Source of the DNA: Burkholderiales bacterium | GTDB lineage: Bacteria; Pseudomonadota; Gammaproteobacteria; Burkholderiales; Burkholderiaceae_C | Length of the DNA stretch: 64,000 bases | Direction: 5' to 3' | NCBI GenBank assembly: GCA_016703325.1 | Contig: JADJCH010000014.1 | Span: forward strand, 17,931-81,930 | In this document: positions 37,301 to 44,792 of the stretch, piece after piece | Layout of the letters: every line of letters starts with the position of its first letter | Numbering within the stretch: the stretch's first letter is position 1 | Position numbers and translations under genes: made by a program | The notes under the pieces: model-generated | The model's input: the letters and a program-made list of their open reading frames with translations, nothing else | The model's database searches: none | Told to the model about the DNA's origin: nothing

Positions 37301-37641
37301 GCCGTGAAGGTGGAGTCTCCAGAGGAGCTGCCGTCGGCTTTCGGCGGCGCGGGGTATTCCTCGTTGGGGTCGAAGGCGACCCCGTTGCACCAGGCCGAGA
37401 GCATGCCGTGGGTCGGCGCGCCGTTCAGGTCATCGGGCATGTAGTCCCGCGTCATCGATCCGGAGTTGTCCAGGATGAACATGACGTTCGGCTTGGGGTT
37501 GGTCGCCAGGCTCAGCGGCGCCTGGGCGACGCTGGCCCACTGGGACGAGGCCGGAGCGCTGAACAGCCCGCAGACGGCCAATGCAGCGAACAGGCTCGGG
37601 GTTCGCTGCAGGACAGGGCGGCGGGGGGCGGCGGCGGACAT
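34285..37641 (-). CDS. pilY1: Type IV pilus tip adhesin PilY1/PilC (vWA-like N-terminus, beta-propeller C-terminus)
   Basis: PNVMFILDNSGSM, LGDIVNAAP, AANDGMLHAF, GRAYYALDITDP, YAGDMQGNFWRF, GTGRYL. Confidence 0.93.
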   Translation of the reverse strand: MSAAAPRRPVLQRTPSLFAALAVCGLFSAPASSQWASVAQAPLSLATNPKPNVMFILDNSGSMTRDYMPDDLNGAPTHGMLSAWCNGVAFDPNEEYPAPPKADGSSSGDSTFTAAWTDGFARTGAVSLAGSTYYVFNDSTATPRDWRYDVNGNVDTSSDTYRYCMNRSESGRFTSVTIEATSTLAQKYANWYSYYRTRQLAMRSAAGKAMRGVGAEIRLGFTRISDSTSSGSWFLGTGEFSGTQRSSFYDLLYTSSASSSTPLRRTLSRVGRYYATTGSSAPIQYTCQRAYALLTTDGYWNSDTGQVYALDGRTQIGDADAAEPRPYNGANASPTLADVAQYYYQEDLRTDLADELPPVAGDDAKGVLPDPNTRQHMNLFTLGLGLNGYLRPSDWADLKSATGSKTWPVPTGTINTGSEGDATHIDDLWHAAVNGRGQYYSASNHAAVASAIADTFRRIGDVSASAAAITSSTQTPVDADRWVFLPSYTSGTWSGDLKAYQYQLNPSTNTYTVPTMGSSTPVWSAAARLDARLSAGGSRDIWFNQNGTKGEFSYANLSNTGSTALNASFDGRCSSASERLSQCSTNEMMSEGDRNLVTGDNLVQYLRGASTYENDNTTATPLLFRGRSSALGDIVNAAPAYAGKPPFSYADAGYNSYVSSKASRMKMVFAAANDGMLHAFQVDSSVSGSTTTPAGSERWAFVPTAVIPNLWKLADSSYGGNHRYFVDGTPVVADIYVSGEWRTILVGGLGAGGRAYYALDITDPASPAVLWEFGHFPNLAGTGYGKVIHNANLGLAMGNPVITKSADGKWVVAFTSGVNNSNGINGDAGDGEGRLFVLDAFTGTLLSEVKTGVGSATAPSNLMKLNAWVASSSDNTALRFYAGDMQGNFWRFVPTYAAGSVTQVAAQLLARTPGRPITTKPALNEVATGSGSIPVISFGTGRYLGDPDVSDSSQQGIYSIKDTWSSSEGSGLGDLTTTAGKAQLTQITLSTDSTQTVDWSTKKGWYAELPTNQRVAINPTALGNGILAFVGTSPSADMCSGGGSSTLYQFNISTGAVTGMATYANPMIVGIERFDDGQGNIKAFLNFADQTGGQQDSTGVAGSTIFNARRTSWRELTD

Positions 37642-37690
37642 GGACGGACTCCGGGGGGTAAGCGATCGGGGTGCTGGCATCAACACTGCA

Positions 37691-38389
37691 TCAGAAGTGC
37701 ACCACCGTGTCGGTGTAGCTGACGGTGTTGCGTGCGCCCTTGGCGCGCACCACGATGCGGTAGTACTGCGTCAGCACCGAGCTGCCGAAGCGCTGCGAGC
37801 TGGCGTAGGTCAGATCGTCGCGCTGGGCGGCGGTGGTGACGGTGGCCGACATCGGTCGGGCGCACTGCAGCGTGCCACCGCTGGCGTTGGGATCGCCTTC
37901 GGCATCGCACAGCCGCAGGATGAGAAATCGTGCCGTCACCTGGTTGGGCAGGCTGTCCGGGGTGTTGCGTGGCTTCAGGCAGTTTGCGTGGCCGCCACAG
38001 TCGTTGTTGTCCCAGTCAATGCGCACGTCGGCGCTGTTGCTGCTGGTGCCTGTGGGGTCGAGTCGGGCGGTCTGGCTGTTGCCGGTGCCGCCGTTGGCGT
38101 AGTAGCCGAGCGTGGTTTGGTTGCTGTGCAGGTCCGTGCCGCCGACCTTGCCGCTCAGCCAGACGATGGCCTGTCGGGTGGCTTCGTCTGCGGCCAGCAG
38201 CGTGTCCTGCTTGAAGCCCAGGTTGCCCAGCAGGATGCTGCCGGTGTCCACCGCACGGATCAGGGCCACCGCGGCCAGCGACAAGGCCACCAGCGTGATG
38301 AGCGAGAACAGCAGCGACACACCACGGCTGGCGCGGTGCAGGCCCGACCGGGTCCGGTGCATGAGGGGTGAAGGCGGATGCGGGGTCAT
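37691..38389 (-). CDS. pilX: Type IV minor pilin PilX
   Basis: RG-VSLLFSLITL prepilin without Glu+5, typical of PilX; position in the operon. Confidence 0.85.
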   Translation of the reverse strand: MTPHPPSPLMHRTRSGLHRASRGVSLLFSLITLVALSLAAVALIRAVDTGSILLGNLGFKQDTLLAADEATRQAIVWLSGKVGGTDLHSNQTTLGYYANGGTGNSQTARLDPTGTSSNSADVRIDWDNNDCGGHANCLKPRNTPDSLPNQVTARFLILRLCDAEGDPNASGGTLQCARPMSATVTTAAQRDDLTYASSQRFGSSVLTQYYRIVVRAKGARNTVSYTDTVVHF

Positions 38390-39612
38390 GACTGCCAGAG
38401 CATGTTGCGCAGCGGCACCAGGGTCTCGAAGACCTTGTAGCGGTAGTGCGTGTAGGGTTTGTCGGCCTCGCTGCTGTCCAGCCCGGGCACGCTCAAGCAG
38501 GCCCAGGTGCTGCCGTCCGGGCTCCAGACCGGGTAGTTGCCGGTGGCCGCCGGGCCGCTGCTGCAGGCCGTTTCATTGGGGCGTTCGTTGGTGACGGCCT
38601 GCTTCTCGAAGTGGCTGCTGCGGGCCACCACGGCCACCCGTATCGCCACGATCTGGGCCCATTCGGCCGGAGTGGTCGGTGGGGTGTTGTTCCAGGTGTC
38701 GGCGATGCGGTCGGCGTTGCTGTCCTTGCCGTAGACCGCTTGCAGGTCTACCACCTGCGGCTGGATCGCCTCGGCCGCCGGGGTGGCCGTGTTGGCGCTG
38801 CCGACGCTGAACTCGCGGGTGCTGCGCTGCAGCGAGTTGCCCGCAATCGAATAGACCCGGGTGCGCAGCACCCCGATGTTGAGCAGGTGGCTGCCGGGTG
38901 GGAAGTTCACCGCGGTGCTGTCCACGCCTGCGTAGAGGCTGCCCGGGTTGGCGGCGCCCTCGTGATTCCAGGGGCCATCGGTACCGGCTTCGTGTTTCAC
39001 CACACCCAGGGCCGCGTTGTCGCGGTCGGCGCTGGCGTTGAACAGGTTGCACCACAGGGTGTCGGAGAAGTTCTGCGGCACCGCCAGCAGCAGATCCCCC
39101 TTGCGGATGCCGTGGTGGATGGCGCCGTCCAGGTCGAACTGGGTGGCGTCGCGCCGGTGGCCCTTGAGTTTGAGCGGCAGCGCGAAGTCTTTGCCCGCGC
39201 TGGAATGCAGGGTCAGCTCGTCGGGGGCGCCGTCGTCGCCATTCCTGATCACCGCCGCGGTCAGACGGAACTCGCCGCGGCCTTCGGCCAGCAGCTTGTA
39301 GCGCACCAGGCAGCCAGCCCCACCACCGGCGGTGAGGCCGAAACCCGCGGCCTGCAGGTCACGCTGCAGGGTGTGCAGCGCCACCGCGCCATTGATCTGG
39401 GCGTCTGCACCGGAGGTGGTGTTGCGCTTCTGGCTGTCGAAGAGGATGGCCACCTGGGTGATCAGCAGCACCGCAAACAGGCCGATGGCCATGCCGACCA
39501 GCAGCTCGACCAGGGTCACGCCGCGCTGATCCATGCCAGGGCGCACGCCTGGGCGCACGCCTGGGTGTCGGCCGGGCCGGGCGTTCAAGGGGCGGTAGAC
39601 GCAGGCGGGCAT
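38386..39612 (-). CDS. pilW: Type IV minor pilin PilW
   Basis: QRG-VTLVELLVGMAIG, DLQAAGFG, QAVYGKDSNAD, IRVAVVARS, RYKVFETLVPLRN. Confidence 0.88.
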   Translation of the reverse strand: MPACVYRPLNARPGRHPGVRPGVRPGMDQRGVTLVELLVGMAIGLFAVLLITQVAILFDSQKRNTTSGADAQINGAVALHTLQRDLQAAGFGLTAGGGAGCLVRYKLLAEGRGEFRLTAAVIRNGDDGAPDELTLHSSAGKDFALPLKLKGHRRDATQFDLDGAIHHGIRKGDLLLAVPQNFSDTLWCNLFNASADRDNAALGVVKHEAGTDGPWNHEGAANPGSLYAGVDSTAVNFPPGSHLLNIGVLRTRVYSIAGNSLQRSTREFSVGSANTATPAAEAIQPQVVDLQAVYGKDSNADRIADTWNNTPPTTPAEWAQIVAIRVAVVARSSHFEKQAVTNERPNETACSSGPAATGNYPVWSPDGSTWACLSVPGLDSSEADKPYTHYRYKVFETLVPLRNMLWQS

Positions 39613-39617
39613 GGCAC

Positions 39618-40061
39618 TCAGCTGATGCTGTTGGCGTTGATCGAGGTGACGGTGCTGAAGGCGTGGCTGCCTTCGGAGGGCACCGACCAGCTGATGGAGA
39701 TCTCCACCCGCCCGCTGGCCTGCGGGGCAATGGTGTAGCTGGCACCGGGAAGGCGTGCAGCCAGGCGGGATGCCCAGGCCTGGCAATTGGCGTGCGAGGC
39801 GCAGTTGGCGGTGGTGTAGGACTGCAGGTTGGGGCTGTCCGCCCACATCGTGCCCACCAGATCGCTGGCCAGGTAGGCCGCATCGGCGCGGAACTTGGCG
39901 CCGGTGTTGGCCCGCATCATGGAAGCCTGCAGCCCGACCAGGCCGAGGGTGGCCAGGGTGAAGATCAGCAGGGCGATCAGCGCTTCGATCATCGCGAAGC
40001 CGCGGTGGCCACAGTTGATGCGATTGCAGCGATTGCGCTGCGGGGCTGGGGCGGGTTTCAT
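39618..40061 (-). CDS. pilV: Type IV minor pilin PilV
   Basis: RG-FAMIEALIALLIF...GLVGLQ...RADAAYLA. Confidence 0.87.
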   Translation of the reverse strand: MKPAPAPQRNRCNRINCGHRGFAMIEALIALLIFTLATLGLVGLQASMMRANTGAKFRADAAYLASDLVGTMWADSPNLQSYTTANCASHANCQAWASRLAARLPGASYTIAPQASGRVEISISWSVPSEGSHAFSTVTSINANSIS

Positions 40062-40089
40062 CTGGGGTCTCACGCAGGGGGCTGGGTGA

Positions 40090-40740
40090 TCAGGAGGCCG
40101 GGCAGGCACGGGCGTCGTCGCTGCGCAGGCCGTGGATGCAGCTGCGCACACCGCCGCCGGCATCGATGCGCACCTGCAGCTTCACCGAGGGGCTGGTGGG
40201 GTGGGTGATCTCGATGCAGCGGATCGGGCTCGCGTTGGCGGGCGAGCCCAGGCTGTTGAACATCACCTGGGTAGAAGAGGCGGTGGCTGCACAGCGCTCG
40301 GTCTTCACCTGAACCGTCACGTCCGGGAAACCGTTGCCCTTGGCCTGCTTGTCCAGGATCTGCGGTGCCGCACTGCCGCCGGCGGCCTGTTCGCACTTGC
40401 CGGCCGGGCTGGCCAGGCTCACCACCCAGGACGCGTTGGTGCTGGAGAGGGCGCAGGCGGAGGTCAACTGGCCCGGCTCGTTGGTCGGGTTGGTCGGGTT
40501 GGTGACCAGGGAGAAATACACGTTCTGGTTGCGCCGCACCGCCTCGGCACGGGCCTTCTGCAGCCCGGTGCTGATCGATTCGGCCGCGCTGCGCACCTGC
40601 AGGTTGCGCAGCCACTCGGTCATGCTGGGCGCCAGCGTGACCAGCAGCACGCCGATCATCACCAGCACCACCATCAGCTCGATGGGGGTGAAGCCCCGGT
40701 GGCTCCAGTGGCTGCGGCGGGCGGTTGTTCGGTCAGTCAT
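40090..40740 (-). CDS. fimT: FimT/FimU (GspH-like) minor pilin
   Basis: RG-FTPIELMVVL, ARAEAVRRNQNV; alternative GTG start at 40752. Confidence 0.85.
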   Translation of the reverse strand: MTDRTTARRSHWSHRGFTPIELMVVLVMIGVLLVTLAPSMTEWLRNLQVRSAAESISTGLQKARAEAVRRNQNVYFSLVTNPTNPTNEPGQLTSACALSSTNASWVVSLASPAGKCEQAAGGSAAPQILDKQAKGNGFPDVTVQVKTERCAATASSTQVMFNSLGSPANASPIRCIEITHPTSPSVKLQVRIDAGGGVRSCIHGLRSDDARACPAS

Positions 40741-40745
40741 GGGCT

Positions 40746-41207
40746 TCAGCACTCGCTGCCCTTGACCAGCCAGCAGGTCTTGGGTGATGAGTTGTAGTCT
40801 GTGGTCTTGAAGTAGCGGGTGGTCTGACTGCCGTTGTGGTCGATGCGGTAGGTGTGGGTTCCGCCGCCCGCGGTGCTGCTGGTGGCCTGGAGGTAGTAGC
40901 CCTGGTCGGTGTTGGTGAGCGTGCAGGTGACGGTGAAGTATTTCAGCCCGGTGGGCACCGCCGGGCCGCAGGTGGTGGCGCCGTACTTGCGGTTGTCCTG
41001 GTAGTACTGCTCCATCACCACCCGCTGGTTGCTCAGCTGGGTGAAGGCCTCGGGCAGGCGGCCGCGGCGCAGGTAGTCGGTGTACGAGGGCAGGGCCACC
41101 GCGGCCAGGATGCCGATCACCGCCACGGTGATCATCAGCTCGATCAGCGTGAAGCCCCCGCTGCGGTGCAGCGCGCAGGTGGGGCGAATACGGGCAGGGA
41201 CGGCCAT
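40746..41207 (-). CDS. pilE: Type IV minor pilin PilE
   Basis: [39 protein letters not shown]. Confidence 0.9.
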   Translation of the reverse strand: MAVPARIRPTCALHRSGGFTLIELMITVAVIGILAAVALPSYTDYLRRGRLPEAFTQLSNQRVVMEQYYQDNRKYGATTCGPAVPTGLKYFTVTCTLTNTDQGYYLQATSSTAGGGTHTYRIDHNGSQTTRYFKTTDYNSSPKTCWLVKGSEC

Positions 41208-41236
41208 GGCGGATCTTTTCAGTTCGGGACGGCCCG

Positions 41237-41307
41237 ATGCTAGGCCGCCGCCTGCCGCCTGTCAGCCGGGTGGGTTGCCGCTTGTCGGGTGGCGCCGTCC
41301 GCTCGTC
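41237..41307 (-). promoter_or_regulatory. Predicted sigma70 promoter of the pil operon with two LytTR/AlgR-type direct repeats
   Basis: Minus strand CTGACA(41265-41260)-N17-TAGCAT(41242-41237); plus-strand CCGCTTGTC (41278-41286) and CCGCTCGTC (41299-41307) separated by exactly 12 bp. Confidence 0.6.
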
Positions 41308-41326
41308 GGGCGGTGTCCGGGTCGGG

Positions 41327-44300
41327 TCAGCGGAAGTCCCGCGATGTGGTCGTCAGCCGCCCCAGCCAGGCGCTCAGGTCCACCAGCCGGCGCGCCACCA
41401 GGTGGGTGACGCCGTCGCGCTTCTGCCAGGTGCCCACCACGCCCAGCAGGCGTGCACCGAGCAGGGCCTGGCGCTGGGCCTCGCGCACGTCCTTCCAGAC
41501 GATGACGTTGACCGGGCCGGTCTCGTCCTCCAGCGTCACGAAGATCACCCCTTTGGCGGTGGCCGGCTGCTGGCGGGTGACCACCAGGCCGCAGGCGCGC
41601 ACCACCCGGCCGTCGGCGGTGCGCGCCAGTTGGGCGGCGCTGCGCACACCCTTGGCGGCCAGGCGCTCGCGCAGCAGCGCCAGCGGGTGGCGGCGCAGCG
41701 TCAGGCCGGTGGCGGCGTAGTCCAGCGCGATGGCCTCGCCCTCCGGCGCCTCGATCAGCTGCAGCTGGGCGCGCTCGGCCGATTCGTCCACCGGTGCCCG
41801 GCGCAGCAGGTTGTCGGCGCCACCGGCACCTCCCGCGCGGGGGGCGGCCGCGGCCCAGACCTGCTCGCGGCGGTGCCCGGCCAGGCGGGCCAGCGCATCG
41901 GCCCGGGCCAGGCGCTGCAGTTCCGGCGGACCCAGCCCGCTGCGCAGCGCCAGGTCCTGCACGTCGGCAAAGGGCCGCTCGGCGCGGGCGGCCAGCAGCT
42001 GCCGGGCCACCGCCTCGGACAAGCCACTGACTTGATGCAGCCCCAGGCGCACCGCCGGTCGCCCCTTCAGCGTTCCGGCCTCCCCCTGCCTTCCTCCCCC
42101 CTTTGACAAAGGGGGGCCGGGGGGGATTTCCCCCTCCAACGCCCCCTCCAGCGAGCTCTCCCACCCGCTCACCGTCACATCCACCGGCCGCACCTCCACG
42201 CCGTGGCGGCGCGCGTCCTGCACCAGCTGCGCCGGGCCGTAAAAGCCCATCGGCTGCGAGTTCAGCAGCGCAGCCAGGAAGGCGGCCGGTTCGTGCTGCT
42301 TGAACCAGGCGCTGAACCAGGCCAGGATGGCGAAGCCGTAGGCGTGGCTCTCCGGGAAGCCGTATTCGCCGAAGCCCTGGATCTGCCGGAAGATGCCCTC
42401 GGCGAACTCGCGCGCATAGCCACGCTCCACCATGCCCTCGACGATGCGTTCGTGGAAGTGGTGCACCCCGCCCTTGCGCCGCCAGGCGGCCATGGCGCGG
42501 CGCAGGCCGTCCGCCTCGCCGGGGGAGAAGCCGGCGGCGATCATGCACACCTGCATCACCTGCTCCTGGAAGATCGGCACCCCCAGCGTGCGCGCCAGCG
42601 CGGCGTTGAGCTGCGGGTAGGGCGAGTCCGACTTCTCCCGGCCCTGCTTGCGGCGCAGGTAGGGGTGCACCATGCCGCCCTGGATCGGCCCGGGGCGCAC
42701 GATGGCCACCTCGATCACCAGGTCGTAGAACTTGTCCGGCCTGAGCCGCGGCAGCATGCTCATCTGCGCCCGGCTCTCGATCTGGAAGGTGCCCACCGTG
42801 TCGGCGCGCTGGATCATGGCCCAGGTGGCCGGGCAGTCGCGCGGAATGTCCTGCAGCAGCCAGGCCGGGCGCCCATGCCAGGCGTTGGCCAGCGCCAGCG
42901 TCTTGCGCAGCACGGTGAGCATGCCCAGGGCCAGCACGTCCACCTTGAGCAGGCCCAACGACTCCAGATCGTCCTTGTCCCACTGGATGACGCGGCGGCC
43001 TTCCATCGCCGCCGGCTCGATCGGCACCAGCCGGGAGAGTTTGTCGCGTGCGATCACGAAGCCACCGCTGTGCTGCGACAGGTGGCGCGGAAAGCTCAGC
43101 AGCGTGGTGGTCAGCTCCAGCCACTGGCGCGTCAGCGGCGCCTGGGCGTCCAGGCCCTGCTCGGCCAGGCGTGCGCCCATCGCTTCGCGGCCGTCGAACC
43201 ACTGCTGCGACTTGGCTACCGCGTCCACCAGCAGCGCATCCAGCCCCAGCGCCTTGCCCACGTCGCGCAGTGCGCCGCGCACCCGGTAGGTGGCCACCGC
43301 GGCGGCCAGCGCGGTGCGCTGCGCGCCGTACTTGCGGTAGATGTACTGGATCACCTCCTCGCGGCGTTCGTGCTCGAAGTCCACGTCGATGTCCGGCGGC
43401 TCGCCGCGCTCGCGGCTGATGAAGCGCTCGAACAGCAGCGTGGTCTGCGTCGGGTCCACCTCGGTGATGCCCAGGCAGTAGCACACCGCCGAATTGGCCG
43501 CCGAGCCGCGGCCCTGGCAGAGGATGCCCTGGCCGCGGGCGAAGTTCACCACGTCGTAGACCGTCAGGAAGAAGGCCTCGTAGCGCATCTCGGCCACCAG
43601 CGCCAGCTCGTGTTCGATCTGGGCCCGCACGGCGGCCGGCACGCCCTGCGGGTGGCGGTGCGGCGGGTAGCGCCGCTGCGCGCCGGCCAGCGTCTCGTGG
43701 CGCAGCCAGCTGGCGGGGCTGTGCCCGGGCGGAACGACCTCCTGCGGGTACTCGTAGCGCAGTTCATCCAGGCTGAAGCTGCAGCCCTGGGCCAGGCGCA
43801 GCGTCTCGTCCAGCCAGGCGCGGCGGTACACCTGGGCCAGCGCCAGCCGGGAGCGCAGGTGCTGCTCGGCGTTGTGTGGCAGCAGCGCGCCGCAGTCGGC
43901 CAGCGCGGCGCGGTGGCGGATGGCGGTGAGCGTGTCCAGCAGCGGCTTGCGCGAGCGCACATGCATGCGCACGTCGCCCACCGCCACGATGGGGACACCG
44001 CTGGCCGCGCTGGCCGCGCGCAGCCACTCGCTGCGCAGGCTGTCGTCGGCATGGAAGAGCAGCGCCAGCGCCAGCCGGGCGCGTTCGCCGAAGGTGGCCG
44101 CCATCCAGTGCGCCTGGGCCCGCAGCGTGGCTGCGTCGTCCTGTTCGCGCGGGATCAGCAAGGACCAGCAGCCGGCCATGCCGCGCAGGTGCTGCCAGGT
44201 CGGGTCGCCGTCGGGATCCGGGGCGGTGGCAGTCGGGTCCAGGTCGTCCATGCCGAGCCGGTACGCCCCCTTGGCGCAGCGGCTGCGCGCCAGCGTGATC

Positions 44301-44761
44301 AGCTCGCACAGGTGGCCGTAGCCCTCCCGATGGCGGGCGATCAGCACCAGCCGGCCGCCCGGCGCGTGCTGCGCATCGGCGCCGGGCTGCAGCATGAAGT
44401 CCGCACCGATCAGCAGCTGCAGCGGGTTGCCGGCCTCGCGCTGGCGCTTGGCCTCCTCGTGTGCGCGCACCACGCCGGCCAGCGAGCACTCGTCGGTGAT
44501 TGCCAGCGCGGCGTAGCCCAGCTGGGCGGCGCGGGCCACCAGCTCCTCGGTGTGCGAGACGCCGTCCAGGAAGCTGAAGTTGCTGCGGCAGACCAGCTCG
44601 GCATAGGCCGGCAGGCCCCAGGGATGGCTGCTGTGGGGGGCGTCGCTGCCGGTGCCCGCCTCGGCGGCGACGCCGTTGGGCAGCAGCACGCCAGCCTGGC
44701 GCACGCCGGCCAGCGGCGGCGTGGGCACCGGCTCCCGGGCGGGTTGAGGGCTTTCGGGCAT
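41327..44761 (-). CDS. dnaE2: Error-prone DNA polymerase III alpha homolog DnaE2 (ImuC)
   Basis: YAELVCRSNFSFLDG PHP domain, GRGSAANSAV, EPPDIDVDFEH, KVDVLALGML, GFPESHA, OB-fold GVIFVTLEDETG. Confidence 0.96.
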   Translation of the reverse strand: MPESPQPAREPVPTPPLAGVRQAGVLLPNGVAAEAGTGSDAPHSSHPWGLPAYAELVCRSNFSFLDGVSHTEELVARAAQLGYAALAITDECSLAGVVRAHEEAKRQREAGNPLQLLIGADFMLQPGADAQHAPGGRLVLIARHREGYGHLCELITLARSRCAKGAYRLGMDDLDPTATAPDPDGDPTWQHLRGMAGCWSLLIPREQDDAATLRAQAHWMAATFGERARLALALLFHADDSLRSEWLRAASAASGVPIVAVGDVRMHVRSRKPLLDTLTAIRHRAALADCGALLPHNAEQHLRSRLALAQVYRRAWLDETLRLAQGCSFSLDELRYEYPQEVVPPGHSPASWLRHETLAGAQRRYPPHRHPQGVPAAVRAQIEHELALVAEMRYEAFFLTVYDVVNFARGQGILCQGRGSAANSAVCYCLGITEVDPTQTTLLFERFISRERGEPPDIDVDFEHERREEVIQYIYRKYGAQRTALAAAVATYRVRGALRDVGKALGLDALLVDAVAKSQQWFDGREAMGARLAEQGLDAQAPLTRQWLELTTTLLSFPRHLSQHSGGFVIARDKLSRLVPIEPAAMEGRRVIQWDKDDLESLGLLKVDVLALGMLTVLRKTLALANAWHGRPAWLLQDIPRDCPATWAMIQRADTVGTFQIESRAQMSMLPRLRPDKFYDLVIEVAIVRPGPIQGGMVHPYLRRKQGREKSDSPYPQLNAALARTLGVPIFQEQVMQVCMIAAGFSPGEADGLRRAMAAWRRKGGVHHFHERIVEGMVERGYAREFAEGIFRQIQGFGEYGFPESHAYGFAILAWFSAWFKQHEPAAFLAALLNSQPMGFYGPAQLVQDARRHGVEVRPVDVTVSGWESSLEGALEGEIPPGPPLSKGGGRQGEAGTLKGRPAVRLGLHQVSGLSEAVARQLLAARAERPFADVQDLALRSGLGPPELQRLARADALARLAGHRREQVWAAAAPRAGGAGGADNLLRRAPVDESAERAQLQLIEAPEGEAIALDYAATGLTLRRHPLALLRERLAAKGVRSAAQLARTADGRVVRACGLVVTRQQPATAKGVIFVTLEDETGPVNVIVWKDVREAQRQALLGARLLGVVGTWQKRDGVTHLVARRLVDLSAWLGRLTTTSRDFR
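42096..42129. repeat. Small palindromic (REP/SDR-like) element inside dnaE2
   Basis: CCCCCCTTT-GAC-AAAGGGGGG perfect 9-bp stem followed by CCGGGGGGGATTT. Confidence 0.6.
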
Positions 44762-44792
44762 GGGGAATCCAGCCGTCGGTTCAGCCGCCGGC

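Noticed and set aside
39535-39580. Short in-frame tandem repeats in pilW (12 bp), fimT (9 bp, 40481-40503), tsaE (6 bp) and the TIGR03790 gene (9 bp)
   Set aside because: Low copy number, multiples of 3, located in flexible regions; likely neutral slippage.
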